From: Felis catus
Lineage: Eukaryota
NCBI RefSeq assembly: GCF_018350175.1
Contig: NC_058368.1
Coordinates: 134,852,001-134,916,000, forward strand
Reading direction: 5' to 3'
Length of the DNA stretch: 64,000 nucleotides
Each line of letters opens with the position of its first letter. The stretch's first letter is position 1. Shown one piece after another: positions 23,879-35,800 of the stretch. A program made the translations under genes and the position numbers. Under the pieces are notes generated by a model. It was not told where the DNA came from. It searched no databases and saw only the letters and a program-made list of their open reading frames with translations.

Positions 23879-26620
23879 AAAAAGAGAAAGATATATGAAT
23901 ATGACAAAGTATTGCTGAGTTCAACAATGTTGTTTCAAAACTCTTAAAATACGGTACCAGGTAATGTGTGCTTCATTAAGAATTGTGAACTTCTTGAATC
24001 TGGGGTGGGGGGTGGGGGGGAGAGGTAGCAAAGGGGATGTACAGGTGGGGGGAGGGAGGGCTAGGATGGTTTGCACTTTCTCCTGATTACAGAGAAATGA
24101 GTAACTACGTCACTCTTTTCCCACTTGGATCTGCGAGTTATTACACATTAATTACAAGTACAAGACCTACTGGAACGCTAACGCCATGGAGCAGGTCAGA
24201 GCATCTAGTTCTTAGGAAGAAAGGGAGCCTCCTGGGGCAGTGTCCGCCTTTGTCTGGACCACTGTTTTCAAGGTATCATCGCTGCATTTAGACCATGTGT
24301 CTCTCCAACGTTAGACTACCCATTGCAACCATAAACCTTCATTTTGGAAGAAGCATGATCTGAAAAACTATTTTCAATCCGCCCATGTGTTATTTTCCTA
24401 GCTTTCCATTCAATTGAGATCATAAAGCAAATAAACAGGATCCTCACCGTTACCGCGTTGGGCTGTGTCGAGCTCGTTAAGGTCCTGGCCGCTTCAGGAA
24501 TCCTGACAGTGCTTCTCATTCATCAGAGTCACTGTGTGTGTTACACGTCACTGTGGGGAAAGGAAGAGGTTTTAGAGTGTTCTTTCCAATTCTGGGCAAG
24601 AGGGAGAGGTCTCTCTCCCTGACTGACATATGCAAAGTCCATTCTGTTCCACGGAAACGGTCCATTTGTGGGGGGGAGCAGCACAGGATCAGTGTGACGG
24701 TCCCTTTCCGGGTAGGGTCAAACAGGATCTTAAAAAAATCACAGTTTTCCTTTCCCAGGAGTGGTTCAGCCACGGCTTGCTTTCTGACACTGGGGAGGGG
24801 TTTTTGTTTTGGTTTTCAGTGTTGTTCCTTTTAAAAATTCTGAAAATAATCAGTCTAGCCGCTGACTTCATCAACTATAGAATGTATTTTTTTTCTTCTT
24901 TACATGATGCTATGATGCTATCCATACCAAGAGCAATAGTCAGTCTTACGGCCAGACTGTCAGCCTTCACACTTGACTGTACTGATCTGACCGCCTCCCT
25001 CTCATCACACAACTGAGGATCCCCCTGGGTGTGGTCTGTAAGTGTCAACTTTAAAAACACCCTTCCCCTTCACACACAAGTCTGACGACTAATTAAGAGT
25101 GGTTTATCAACTAGCATTTTGGTGGGGTTTTTTTGATAGCACATCCACGTATGCTGTTAGGTAGAATTTTCATTTACTATCTGAAATACAAGATTGAAGA
25201 TGGAATGTTTCATGCCAAGTTTTGTTAATGTTTCTGGTTCAACACTCTGGTGAGGTGGCATGGTATTCAGGCACCTGCCTTATTTTTGCATTTCGCAAAC
25301 ATAAATGCAAGAGGAAAGTTTCTCTTTGAACAGCAGAGGCAGGATTCATCATTCCCTGTTATGTCGTAACTCACTAGATCTGTGATGTTACATCTCTGCC
25401 AAACGCCTTTTTAATTGCGTGTGGCATACCCACCACATTCGTCCTTATAGATGTTTGACCAGAAGGGCTCTTTGCGTACAGACAGGCTTCTCCTAATAAC
25501 ACTGAGTGGCTCGTGAGTATAAATGGATACAGCAGAGGCATTCCTGATAACATGCTTTTATGCATGCATTGATTCTCCCCACCCAGTGTAGCATCCTAAA
25601 GATAAAAGCCAGACGCTAAGCTAGCTGCAGAGAGGCTGGGATAGGGCTGTACAAGTGGGAGCACCGGGACCTGATCGTACACACGGAAGAAAAATCAGAG
25701 CCGTGTGAAAAGGCAAAAAGCATGTGTTTGCAACATCTGACAAGTTCACGGCCCTTGATATATGTATATATGTATATGTGCATGGACTGTTTCCAGTACA
25801 CCTTTCAGCCACAACAGATCCACAGTCGTCGAGTTCAAGTACATAACAAGCAAATGTCTAGTACAATTCTTGTGTATGTGTATGGGTGGTTTGTTGTTTT
25901 TTTTTCCTTTGAAGTTGCTTTGTCTTAAAAAGGTGAAAACTTTGCAAGTGAAGTGAGAAGTTCATAATTCTTTGGCTTTTTTTCTGCTTTTAAAAGTTAC
26001 TCCTTTGGGGGAGCTGGTCTGGATGACTCACTTAACTTGGAAATCCTCATTTTCGGTGTGTCGAGTCACAATGTGTTTATGTGAGCTGTCACTGTGGGGA
26101 ATCAATTGCTTTGTCATATAGCTGGTTATGAACTAGTGACGTGTTTGGGAGTCCTACTGATGTTCCTTAATGGGAGAAAAACTCTGCTGGTTTTAACACC
26201 TGTGCTTTTGCTATGCATGGTATCCAAGTAGTTGGAGAACAGACCCTGAAATCTGAGTTCAGGGCCTTTTAAGAAAGGGGCAGTTTAAAGCACAATGCCT
26301 CACATGGGACAAAGTTTGAAAATACCAAATTCCCACTTTTTAAAAATCTAGTTGTATAAAATATTAGTATTATGAGTAGCAAGGGAACAGAATTGGGTTC
26401 ATTGGAAACACTATTCAACTTAAGGTTAAACTTGTCACCATGAGATAGCATTAGCTGCCCGGGATGCTGCTATTAAAAAAAAAGAAAAAAAAAAAAAAAA
26501 AAGAAAAAAAATTTAAAAAAAAAAAAAAGCAAAACAAAAAAAACTCATTTATATGTGTGTATTTTTTAAAGCTACGATCTGTTCAATGTTTTTACAAATC
26601 TGTTTATATGACATTGTTAA

Positions 26621-26626
26621 AATAAA
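26621..26626 (+). terminator. Polyadenylation signal (candidate)
   Basis: AATAAA with U-rich upstream and GT-rich downstream sequence. Confidence 0.55.
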
Positions 26627-26810
26627 GTTGGTCTTTTGACGAGAGGGAGGATGTCATGGTCAGTTGTAATTTTGCCTTTACAAGGCAACGGGGGTTGGGG
26701 GGGGTGGGGGGAGTGTGCCTCCTTGACATTTTGTTCAAGCTATAGATTCAATGGAGCTATGTCTTGTTGTTTTAAGTTGCTTTGATGCATTGTATTAGGT
26801 CTTCAAACAG

Positions 26811-26816
26811 AATAAA
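26811..26816 (+). terminator. Distal polyadenylation signal
   Basis: AATAAAGGTTGTTTTG with upstream TGTA and downstream GT/T-rich element. Confidence 0.75.
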
Positions 26817-27499
26817 GGTTGTTTTGAAACTGAAGTTATGGTTTGAAGTTTCAGTGATCACCTAAGAAGCGTTTCTAAAATTGCTCTCTTGCTCTTCTGG
26901 TTAACAAGCGTCACTGCTGTTCCCAGGGCTTCCCACCTCCGTTTTCATCCTATTACCACATTATCGCAAGACACCACTTGACAGGAATGATAGGTTAGTG
27001 TTACTGGCGTAGTTTCACCATATTCTCAATGATGAAAAGAAGATACCTCTAGGTGATGTGATATCATTGCAAAGCATGTTCTTGCTATAATGGCCACTGT
27101 CCCTCAATTCTTTCCCCATCCATCCATCCCACTTTGTTACGCCTGCTGGTTTTGTCTCTATTCTGCAGTCTGCACATATTGAACACCCACAGGACAAGGA
27201 CAGCCTGAGGCACTGTTCAACATGCCTAAGTGTGACACGGGATGTGGCGTGAGGCTTAGGGAGCAAAGCTACACTCCAGAGTGAGGTTTCTCATTGTAGC
27301 ATCTAGTTAATACATACAGACCATTCTTAATCTGCAATACCTTTCCTATTTGTTTTTATTGCTGAGTGAATTTACAGCGATGCTACTTTGCATGTATATG
27401 GCACTCATTCACCATGTAGGCACAGCAAGGGTCCTGGACATGGAGGCGTGGTCTAGTAATGGAAATGAGAAGGGCACGTAAATACAGTCATGGCAACAA

Positions 27500-27925
27500 T
27501 GACTAACAGAGTATGGCAGGAACTCTGATTCCCTTCCTGCTTTTCCCCTGCTCGGTTCCGTATCCCAGAGAACTACATTCCCAGGGTCTTTTGCCATCTG
27601 GCTTCTAGGTCCTGAGTCCTCCCGCGGCACTAACTCTTGCCAGATCAACCCTCCCGACTAAGGTTTAGAGGGGCCCCAGGATGCTCTGCCTCTCAGAAGA
27701 AGCCTCTGGCTTCTGAGTTACATAGAGCCTCAGTGCCTTCTGCCATTTTTAGTCTGGCCCCAGGGGTGGTGGCAGCTATCGGCTACTGCTAGTCCTCAGG
27801 ATTCTCTCACCCCCACCTGTCTGGTTTCTGAGACCTTCCACCATGTGAGTAACCTATTCTCGTCATTCAATTCTTCCTATCACAGCTCTAATTTTTTTTT
27901 TCCTGGCTGACCTTTGATTGATAAA
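27500..27925 (+). mobile_element. ERVL-type solo LTR (LTR16/LTR33-like), degraded
   Basis: aggggtggtggcagct...tgctagtcctcagg...ccttccaccatgtgagtaacc...tcctggctgacctttgattgata. Confidence 0.55.
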
Positions 27926-28404
27926 CCATGTAAGTTCCATTCAATACTGTATATGCATCATCTCATATAATCCTTCCACAATTGTGAGTTTGAAGACAAG
28001 CTTTCCATTCTACAATCAGAAACTGAAGGAGACATGTTACATGATTTACTCCAATCATGTAACAATTAGAGCAGAGTGGAACACTAAGCCGTGTGACTCA
28101 AGCCAAAGCTCTTCACGCTGTCACAGCCTTCCAATGGGAAATGCTAGGAAGTTCAAAGAAAAGTTTACGGGTCACTCTTCCTGATGAGGCGCTGACGATG
28201 TGGTTTCCACTGGTGGACAGTGCACAAGGGACCAGTAACGAATGGCAGGAAATGGCAAAGGTTTGCTTTCGACCAGAGGTTCCTGACCAACAGCATTATC
28301 ATCAGCACTACTTGGAAACCTGTCCCAAGTGCAAATTCGAGGTTCTCACCCTCAAACTACTAACGGAGAGTAGGCCCAGCAACCTTTTTCCACAAGTTCT
28401 CCAA

Positions 28405-28620
28405 TTTAAAAAAGGTTTTTTTCAATGTTTATTTTTGAGAAACAGAGAAAGAGTGCGCGTGGGGGAGGGGCAGAGAGCGAAGGAGACACAGAATCCTAAG
28501 CAGGCTCCAGGCTTTGAGCTGTCAGCACTGGGCCCAACATACAGCTTGAACTCAGAAACCATGAGATGATGACCTGAGCCAAAGGCGGGTGCTTAACCGA
28601 TAGAGCCACCCAGGTGCCCC
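28405..28620 (-). mobile_element. Can-SINE nested in a MER5A-like element (~28270-28662)
   Basis: SINE reverse complement; flanks ...ggcccagcaacctttttccacaag / ...caagtgtgagaatcactag. Confidence 0.88.
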
Positions 28621-29339
28621 AGTTCTCTGACTTTAATGCAAACTCAAGTGTGAGAATCACTAGTTAACATCACCTGATTGTTGAAATAGTACTACCAGTA
28701 TTTTCATTAGAAGCCACTACTATTATTGAGTGACAGAAACATATTTTTACTTTATGATATTGTTTACATTCATAGCATAGGGTCTATACAGAAAATAGAC
28801 TGATTTTCAGTTTAGGAGATCTAGTCTTGTCTTCGGTCTTTAATTAGCTGTGGGAACTTGGTCAACTCAGTTCACCTGTGTAGGCCTCTAACTCCTTATC
28901 TGTAAAATAAAGTTGTGAGTCTAAATATGCTCTAGAAGGAGTCCCAGAGACTGTGGTGTGATTTAGTAGACTGAGACTATTCAATCCCCTGGTTTTCCGT
29001 TAACCCACAACATAAATGGTGACTGCAGATCACTGAAGTTTATTGAGAACTGGCCCCTTGTGTTGCCAGTGACCATGGCCAAGAATGCATTAGCAAAATT
29101 TGGGTCCATTTACCTGAAGTCTTAAGGTTACACTTCAGGTGACTCCAAGTAGGAAGTTAAGTTCTCAATAATGTGAAGGTGAGCATACTGGGAAATGACA
29201 CCGACTCTCCAAAGCATGAAGCACTGAGTCAGAGAACGTGGCCTACCAAATCCTCTAGGACATGCCAAGACTATAGTCATGTTGTAACTGACACCGTCTC
29301 AACACATTAAAAACTTTTCTTCTGAACTTCTCCCTTAAA

Positions 29340-29838
29340 GTCTGCCTAAAAATAAGAATTTTCTAAAGACTTACATATAAGACTGGAGGCCATGAAACAT
29401 CTAGAAGAAAACAGGAAAAAGCTGCCTGACATGGGTCTTGGCAATACATTTTTGGATAGGACATCTAAAGCGCAAGCAACGAAGTAAAAAATAAACATGG
29501 GACTACGTCAAACTAAAAAGCTTCTTCATAGCAAAGGAAACTATCAACCAAGTGAAAAGACAATTTCCAGAATAGGAGAAAATGTTTTCAATCTATGTAT
29601 ATGAGAAGGAATGGATTAATGTCCAAAATATGTAAAGAACTCATAAAACATAATAGCAAAAAGAACCCAAATAATCCAATTTAAAGATAGGCAGAGGACC
29701 TGAATAGAAATTTTTCCTAAGAAGACAAATGAATGACTGAAGGCACATGAAAAGGTGGTCAATATCACCAATCATTAGGGAAGTAAGTCAAAATCACAAT
29801 GAGATTACTATTCTAACAGGTGTGAAATGCTATTATCA
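29340..29838 (+). mobile_element. L1 fragment A: old ORF2 3' region
   Basis: gaagaaaacaggaaaaagc...ggtcttggcaat...aactaaaaagcttc...cacatgaaaag. Confidence 0.85.
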
Positions 29839-29844
29839 GCAAGT

Positions 29845-32800
29845 GACATAACCAAGATCAGGACATAGGTCATTCCTGATTTTGCTCCCCGTCACAACTA
29901 ACAACTATTCATGAACAAAACAGCACTGAAAGAATCCTAGAATGCTAAAGCACCCCAAGTACCACAGAGAACAAGATAGACTGCATTACCAGGGTAAGAG
30001 GAACAGCTACCTTCTGACCACAGTGCCCTTCCCCTAGGCCAGTGCCACAGCATGTCAAGAGATCTCCCCTGAGCCTACAGGTCTTCCAGTGGAAAAAGAG
30101 AGCCCAGGGGTGACATCCAGCCCTGCAGCACTGGGGGCAGTTCTTGAGAGCCGCTATTCTGGTTCTGTCCCATAGGGATCACAGGGGATTCTACAGGATG
30201 TAAACACTGGGAATCTAATCATAACAGAGAAAAGGGGACGGGATTCCATCAACCAGCACTTGGATGTTGGCAGACCAGATTCCTACCAGTAGAGCTCAAG
30301 TAGTCATTCCCAACCAGCAGTTTTGCTCATCTGCAAAACCAAGCCGGGAGTGTAGTCTGACCAAGGTACTTGACAGGGTGCAAGTCTGCCTGATTAGAGT
30401 TCTCAAACAAGAGGTCTCACCAGCTCTGAAGTCTGGTCTGCCTATGCCGAGGCAGAAAGGCTAAGTCATAGCCCCATCCACTGCAGAGCATGGCCCTCAG
30501 CCCCATCTGAAAGGAAGAGCTGATGAGAACACCTGGAGGCTGTATAATCCAGCATCATTCAAGCCAGGAGATAGGCAAATTAAGCTGATCACCCTCAGAG
30601 CAAAGTCAGGGTTGTGATTGGGATCGAGGGGCATAGGTCAACTTAAATCAAGACACAAAGAGTTTTAGTGGCCTTGGACTTCCTCCTCCCACTGCACTAG
30701 GAAGAAAAACTAATTCATATACCGTCTTTCTGGTGTATACAGTCTTCAGCCTGCCTGACCAGAGAACCTTACCAAAACACATCAGGGGCTGCATAACCCA
30801 TCCAAGAGCCTTGCTTACAGTTGGACTTGCACAGAGAGCGTAACTCATGGCTTTCTATGTCTATAGAACAACACCAGGGCCCTGCCTGACCAGGATATTC
30901 AGTGTGCATGCTTGCCTAATTTGGATCCCCAAACAATGAGCCAAACAGACCCTGGGACCGATCCTATTGCTCTGCCAGGCCAGGGAAACCAATTCACAGC
31001 CCCACCAACTTCTGAGTAGAGTACCCAATCCAACTGTAGAATAAGCCTGACCAAAAAATCCAGGCAACTCTGGGGCCCATCCTGTAGCCTAACTTGGGCA
31101 CGGAACCAAAACAGCAGTCCTGTACAACTGTTCTCAGTGTCATACCATCCCTCCCACTCCTCCTGATGACCTCAGAGCTTGAACAGTTGCCTCACCCCAA
31201 AATAGACCCTAATACCAGACCCCATCTGCCCAAGAACGTTACTGGCAGCCATGTCCCAGAACCCAAACTCAACTGGCTTGTCAAAATCTGTCTTTGCCAA
31301 AGGGAACCGCAAAGTCCGGAAGAGGAAAACACTCACTCAAATGTGCAGATACAAATGTAAGAAATCAAAGATCATCAAAAGTTAGGTAAATATGACCCCA
31401 CCAAAGAAGACTAATAAAACTCAAATAACTCACCCTAAAGAATTGGAGATGTACGAACTGTCAAAGAATTCACAATAATCCTCTTAAAGAAATTTAATGA
31501 ATTACAAGAACGCGTAGACTACTAAATGAAATTAGGAAAATAATGCATGAACAAAGTGAGAAGTTCAACAAATAAATAGAAACCATCAAAAAAAAATCCA
31601 ACAGAAATCCTACAGTGGAAAAATATAATTACTCAACTGAAGAATTCAACAAAGAGCTTCAAAAGCAGACCCAACTATGAAGAAATAGTCAGCAATCTGA
31701 AATGTAAGACATTTGAAATTAACCGGTCAGAGGAACCAAGAGAAAAAGGAACCAAGAAGAGTGAAGAAAGCCTACAGAACCTTTAAAAACAAAGAAACAT
31801 TACTCTCATGGGAATTCCAGAGGGACAAGGCAAATGACAAAAGGGATATTTAAAGGAATAATGGCTGAAAAATCTCCCAAAATAAGGAGAGAAATAAACA
31901 TTCAGATCCAAGAGGCAAAAATACCACAAAAAGTTTGAAGCCAAATAGGGTTACATTAAGATACATTATAATTAGATTGTCAAAAGTCAAAGACAAAGAA
32001 TTTTAAGAGCAGGAAAAGAATGACAAGGGAGCCCCCATTAAGTCTATCAGCAGTTCTCTAAACAGAAATTTTTCTAGACAGGAGATAATGTGATGACATA
32101 TTCAAACTATTGAAAGGAAAAACCTGCCAACCAAGAAGACTGTACCTAACAAAGCTGTCCCTTAGAAATGGAGGAGGGATAAAGACTTTCCTAAACAAAA
32201 GCTGAAGGAATTCAACACCAATAGACTTGCCTTACAAGAAATGCTAGGGGCACCGGGGGGCTAAATCAGTTAAGCATCCAAGTTTGGTTCAGGTCATGAT
32301 CTTGCAGTTTGTGAGTTCAAGCCCTGCATCAGGCTCTGAGCTATAAGCACAAATTCAGAGCCTACTACAGATTCTGGGTCTCCCTCTCTCTCTCTACCCC
32401 TGCTGGGCGCGCGTGCTCTCTCTCTCTCTCTCTCTCTCTCTCAAAAATAAACATTAAAAAAATAATAAACATTAAAAAAATGCTAATGGAGTTTTTTGAG
32501 TGGAAATAAAGGGATGTTATTTAACACATAAAAATCTAAGAAAGCAGTGTAAAACCTACTGGTAATGGTAAAAACATAGTTAAAGTTAGATTCCATAATA
32601 TGGTAATGGTTGTGTGTAATTCACTTATAATTCTAATTTAAAAGTTAAAAAACAAATACAAAAAAGTAACCCTAAGTACAAAAGTCTGTTATTGCACAAA
32701 ATTAAAAAAAATATGTAAACTGTAACATCAATAACTTAAAATGTGAGGGGAAGAAGAACTAACAGTATAAAGCTTAGGAATTCTATTGAAGTTGTTATTA

Positions 32801-32885
32801 GTTTAAAATAAAGCAGTGTTAATTTTAAGATATTTTATGTAAACCTCAAGGTAACTTGGGAAAAACCTGTAGTAATTTCACAAGA
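29845..32885 (+). mobile_element. L1 element B: 5'UTR, decayed ORF1 (~31340-32500) and inter-ORF region
   Basis: ccaagat...tagg 5' start; ORF1-like atgggaattccagag, cttacaagaaatgcta; SINE insertion 32247-32478. Confidence 0.8.
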
Positions 32886-32888
32886 AAC

Positions 32889-35800
32889 TCCCTGGGAAGA
32901 TGGCAGAGTAGGAAGATCCTATGCTCATATCATCCGATGGATACAAATACATAATGCCCACATCAGTGTAAATAACCTAGAAAAAAAAAGTGGACACTGG
33001 CAGAACAGACTCTCCACAGCTCCCATGTAGAGATGAGGCCAAATTGAAGTGGGTAGGAAGGGCAGAGACACCATCGGGAGCTAAAAAGAGCCATGAGACT
33101 GTCCACAGAAGGAAAGGGCATTGTGGATGCAGGGAAGAGAAACAAAAAAAAACACTTGCACCAGGGGGCCTAGGCACGAGGAGCCTGCACAGGGAAAACA
33201 AATCCCTGTAACATTTGGCTTTGAAAACTAGAGGGGCCAACATGCGGGATTTCTTACCATCCGCAGACTTAACACAAGGAACTTTAAAATTCTGCAGTCT
33301 CGGCTCTAGGACAGCTGAGGGGTGAGAGGAAACGGAGTCCCTGCCCTTCAAGACATAGCACAACAGTCTTGATGAAGTACAACATAGAAACAATAGTTTG
33401 ACAACTGGGATGTAGGAAAGGAAGGTGTGTTAACTAATCTGAGAACGTGTGCTGGAGGGGGCAGGGATCGTTGGGAGCCTTCTCCAAAAACAAAAGAGCT
33501 TCTTCTACCCCACCTCCCAGCCTAGATACATGGACATCTACAGGAACCAGTGCAACATCAACACTCTCAACCTAGCTTGTTAACAGTGCCCTGCACTGCC
33601 ATTCTCCTGCAGCCATGACCCCTGCAGCCAGGGTTTTGGTCCAGGTCCCCTCCCATAGCAGACCTGGGCAAACCTTGCTAACACTGCCACCGTGCTCCCA
33701 AGTTCTCCTGCAAACCTTCCCCCTTCCAGTGCACCCGTGGCTGGAGCCCATCCAAAGCAGTGTCACAAGCCTGGCGGTGCAAACAGCCCCAACACGGGTC
33801 AAAACCCGTGACAAAGTGACTCCTACTTTGTAGTGACAAAGTGACTCCTACTCTGGGGAGAAGGGAATAAAACCACACACACCAGTCCAAATGCAGCCCC
33901 AGCAGTGGAATGGTGGCATGCATCTGATGTGACTGCAGGGCCTGCCTACCAAAAAAAACATCTCAAGAGAAAACGTGCTACTCCATCTCTGGCAAATGGC
34001 CGATTTGACACAACTCAAGGCCAACATAGCCCCAGACTAGCCCACCAACAACAAAGGAAACAAACCCTGCCCATAACAAAGTGGGCTGTTGCAAATGACT
34101 GGAATAAAGGAAAAAGCGGCTCAGCCACATTAGAGTGCATGCAACACAAACAGGAGACACCCCTAAAGCACCAGATTCTGGCGATTAGGGACATTGCATT
34201 TCAGGGCTTTACAGAAACTCTTCTTTATAAGGCCACTACTTTCAAAAGTAGGAGATGTAGCTGACTTTTCTAACACATAGAAACAGATAAAGAGAGTTAG
34301 ACAAAATGAGGAGACAGAGGAATATGCCCCAAATGAAATAGGAAAAAAATCACAGCAAGAGAGCTAAATGAGACAGAGATTAGTAATATGCCTGATAGAC
34401 AATTTATACTGATTGTCATAAAGATATTCACTGGACCTAAGAACAGAGTGGAGGACCTCAGTGAGATCCTCAGCAAAGAGATAGAAAACACAAAGAACCA
34501 GTAAGAGATGAAAAATGCAATAACTGAAATTAAAAATACACTAGATGAAATATAGAGTAAACTAGAGAAAGCCAAAGAATGGATCAGTGACTAGGAGGAC
34601 ACAGTAATGGAAGGCAATCAACTTCCACAGGATAGAGAAAAAAATAGTGAAAAATGAAAATAGACTAGAGGAACTCAGTGATACCACCAAGCATAATAAC
34701 ATTCTTATTATAGGTATCCCAGGAGGAGGAAAGAAAGAGGAGCAGAAAATTTATCTGAAGATGGGGCACGTGGGTGGCTCAGTCACTTAAGCATCTGGCT
34801 TCGGCTCAGGTCATGATCTCATGGTTTGTGGGTTCAAGCCTCGCATCGGGCTCTGTGCTGACAGTTCAGAGCCTGGAGCTTGCTTAGATTCTACGTCTCC
34901 CTCTCTCTCTAACCTACCCTGCTTGCGCTCTGTCTCATTCTGTCTCTCAAAAATAAATGTAAAAAAAAAATTTTTTTAATTTATTTGAAGAAATAATAGC
35001 TAAAAACTTCCCAAATTTGGAGAAGGAAGCAGAAATATGGATTGAGGATGCACAGAGAGCCCCTAATAAAATCAACCCAGGGAGGTCTACACCAAAACAC
35101 ACAGTAATTAAAATGGCAAAAAGTAGTGATAAAGAGAATTTTTAAAGCAATAAGGGAAAAGAAAATAGTTACATAGAAGGGAAACCCCAGAAGGTGGTAA
35201 GCTGATTTTTTAGCAGAAACTTTGTAAGCCAGAAGGAAGTGACATAATATATTCAAACTGATGAAACAAACAAAAAAAACAAACAAAACCCTGCAACCAT
35301 GAATACACTTTACAGCAAGGCTATCATTAAGAATAGAAGGAAAGAAAAAGTTTCCCAGACAAACAAAAGTTAAAGGAATTCATGACCCCTAAACAAGCCC
35401 AACAAGAAATGTTACTGGGGAAGTTTTGAGTGGAAAGAAAAGATCATTAGTAGGATTAAGACAAGTAGGAAGCACAAAAACAGTAAAATTACCTGTATCT
35501 ACAAAAACAAGATCAAGGGTTTCACAAAATAAAAACATATAAACTATGACACCATATACTTAATATATGGAGCAGACAGAGGAGTAAAAATTTGGTGGTT
35601 TTAGAATGGGTTTAAGCTTAAGCAACCATCAATTTAATATAGACTGCTTTAAGCAGATGTTATACATAAATCTAACTGTCACCAATCAAAAAGAGTGATA
35701 TGCAAAAACAGAAACGAATCCAACTATATCACTAAAGAAAGAGAGCAAAACATGAGAAAGGAACAGAGAAGAACTACAAAAATAACAATACTAGAAACAA

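Larger units (their letters stand above)
22699..26835 (+). other. PIK3R1: PIK3R1 3'UTR (~4.1 kb; end approximate)
   Basis: TE-free stretch after the stop, with miRNA seed sites, ending at AATAAA 26811 followed by GT/T-rich sequence. Confidence 0.8.
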
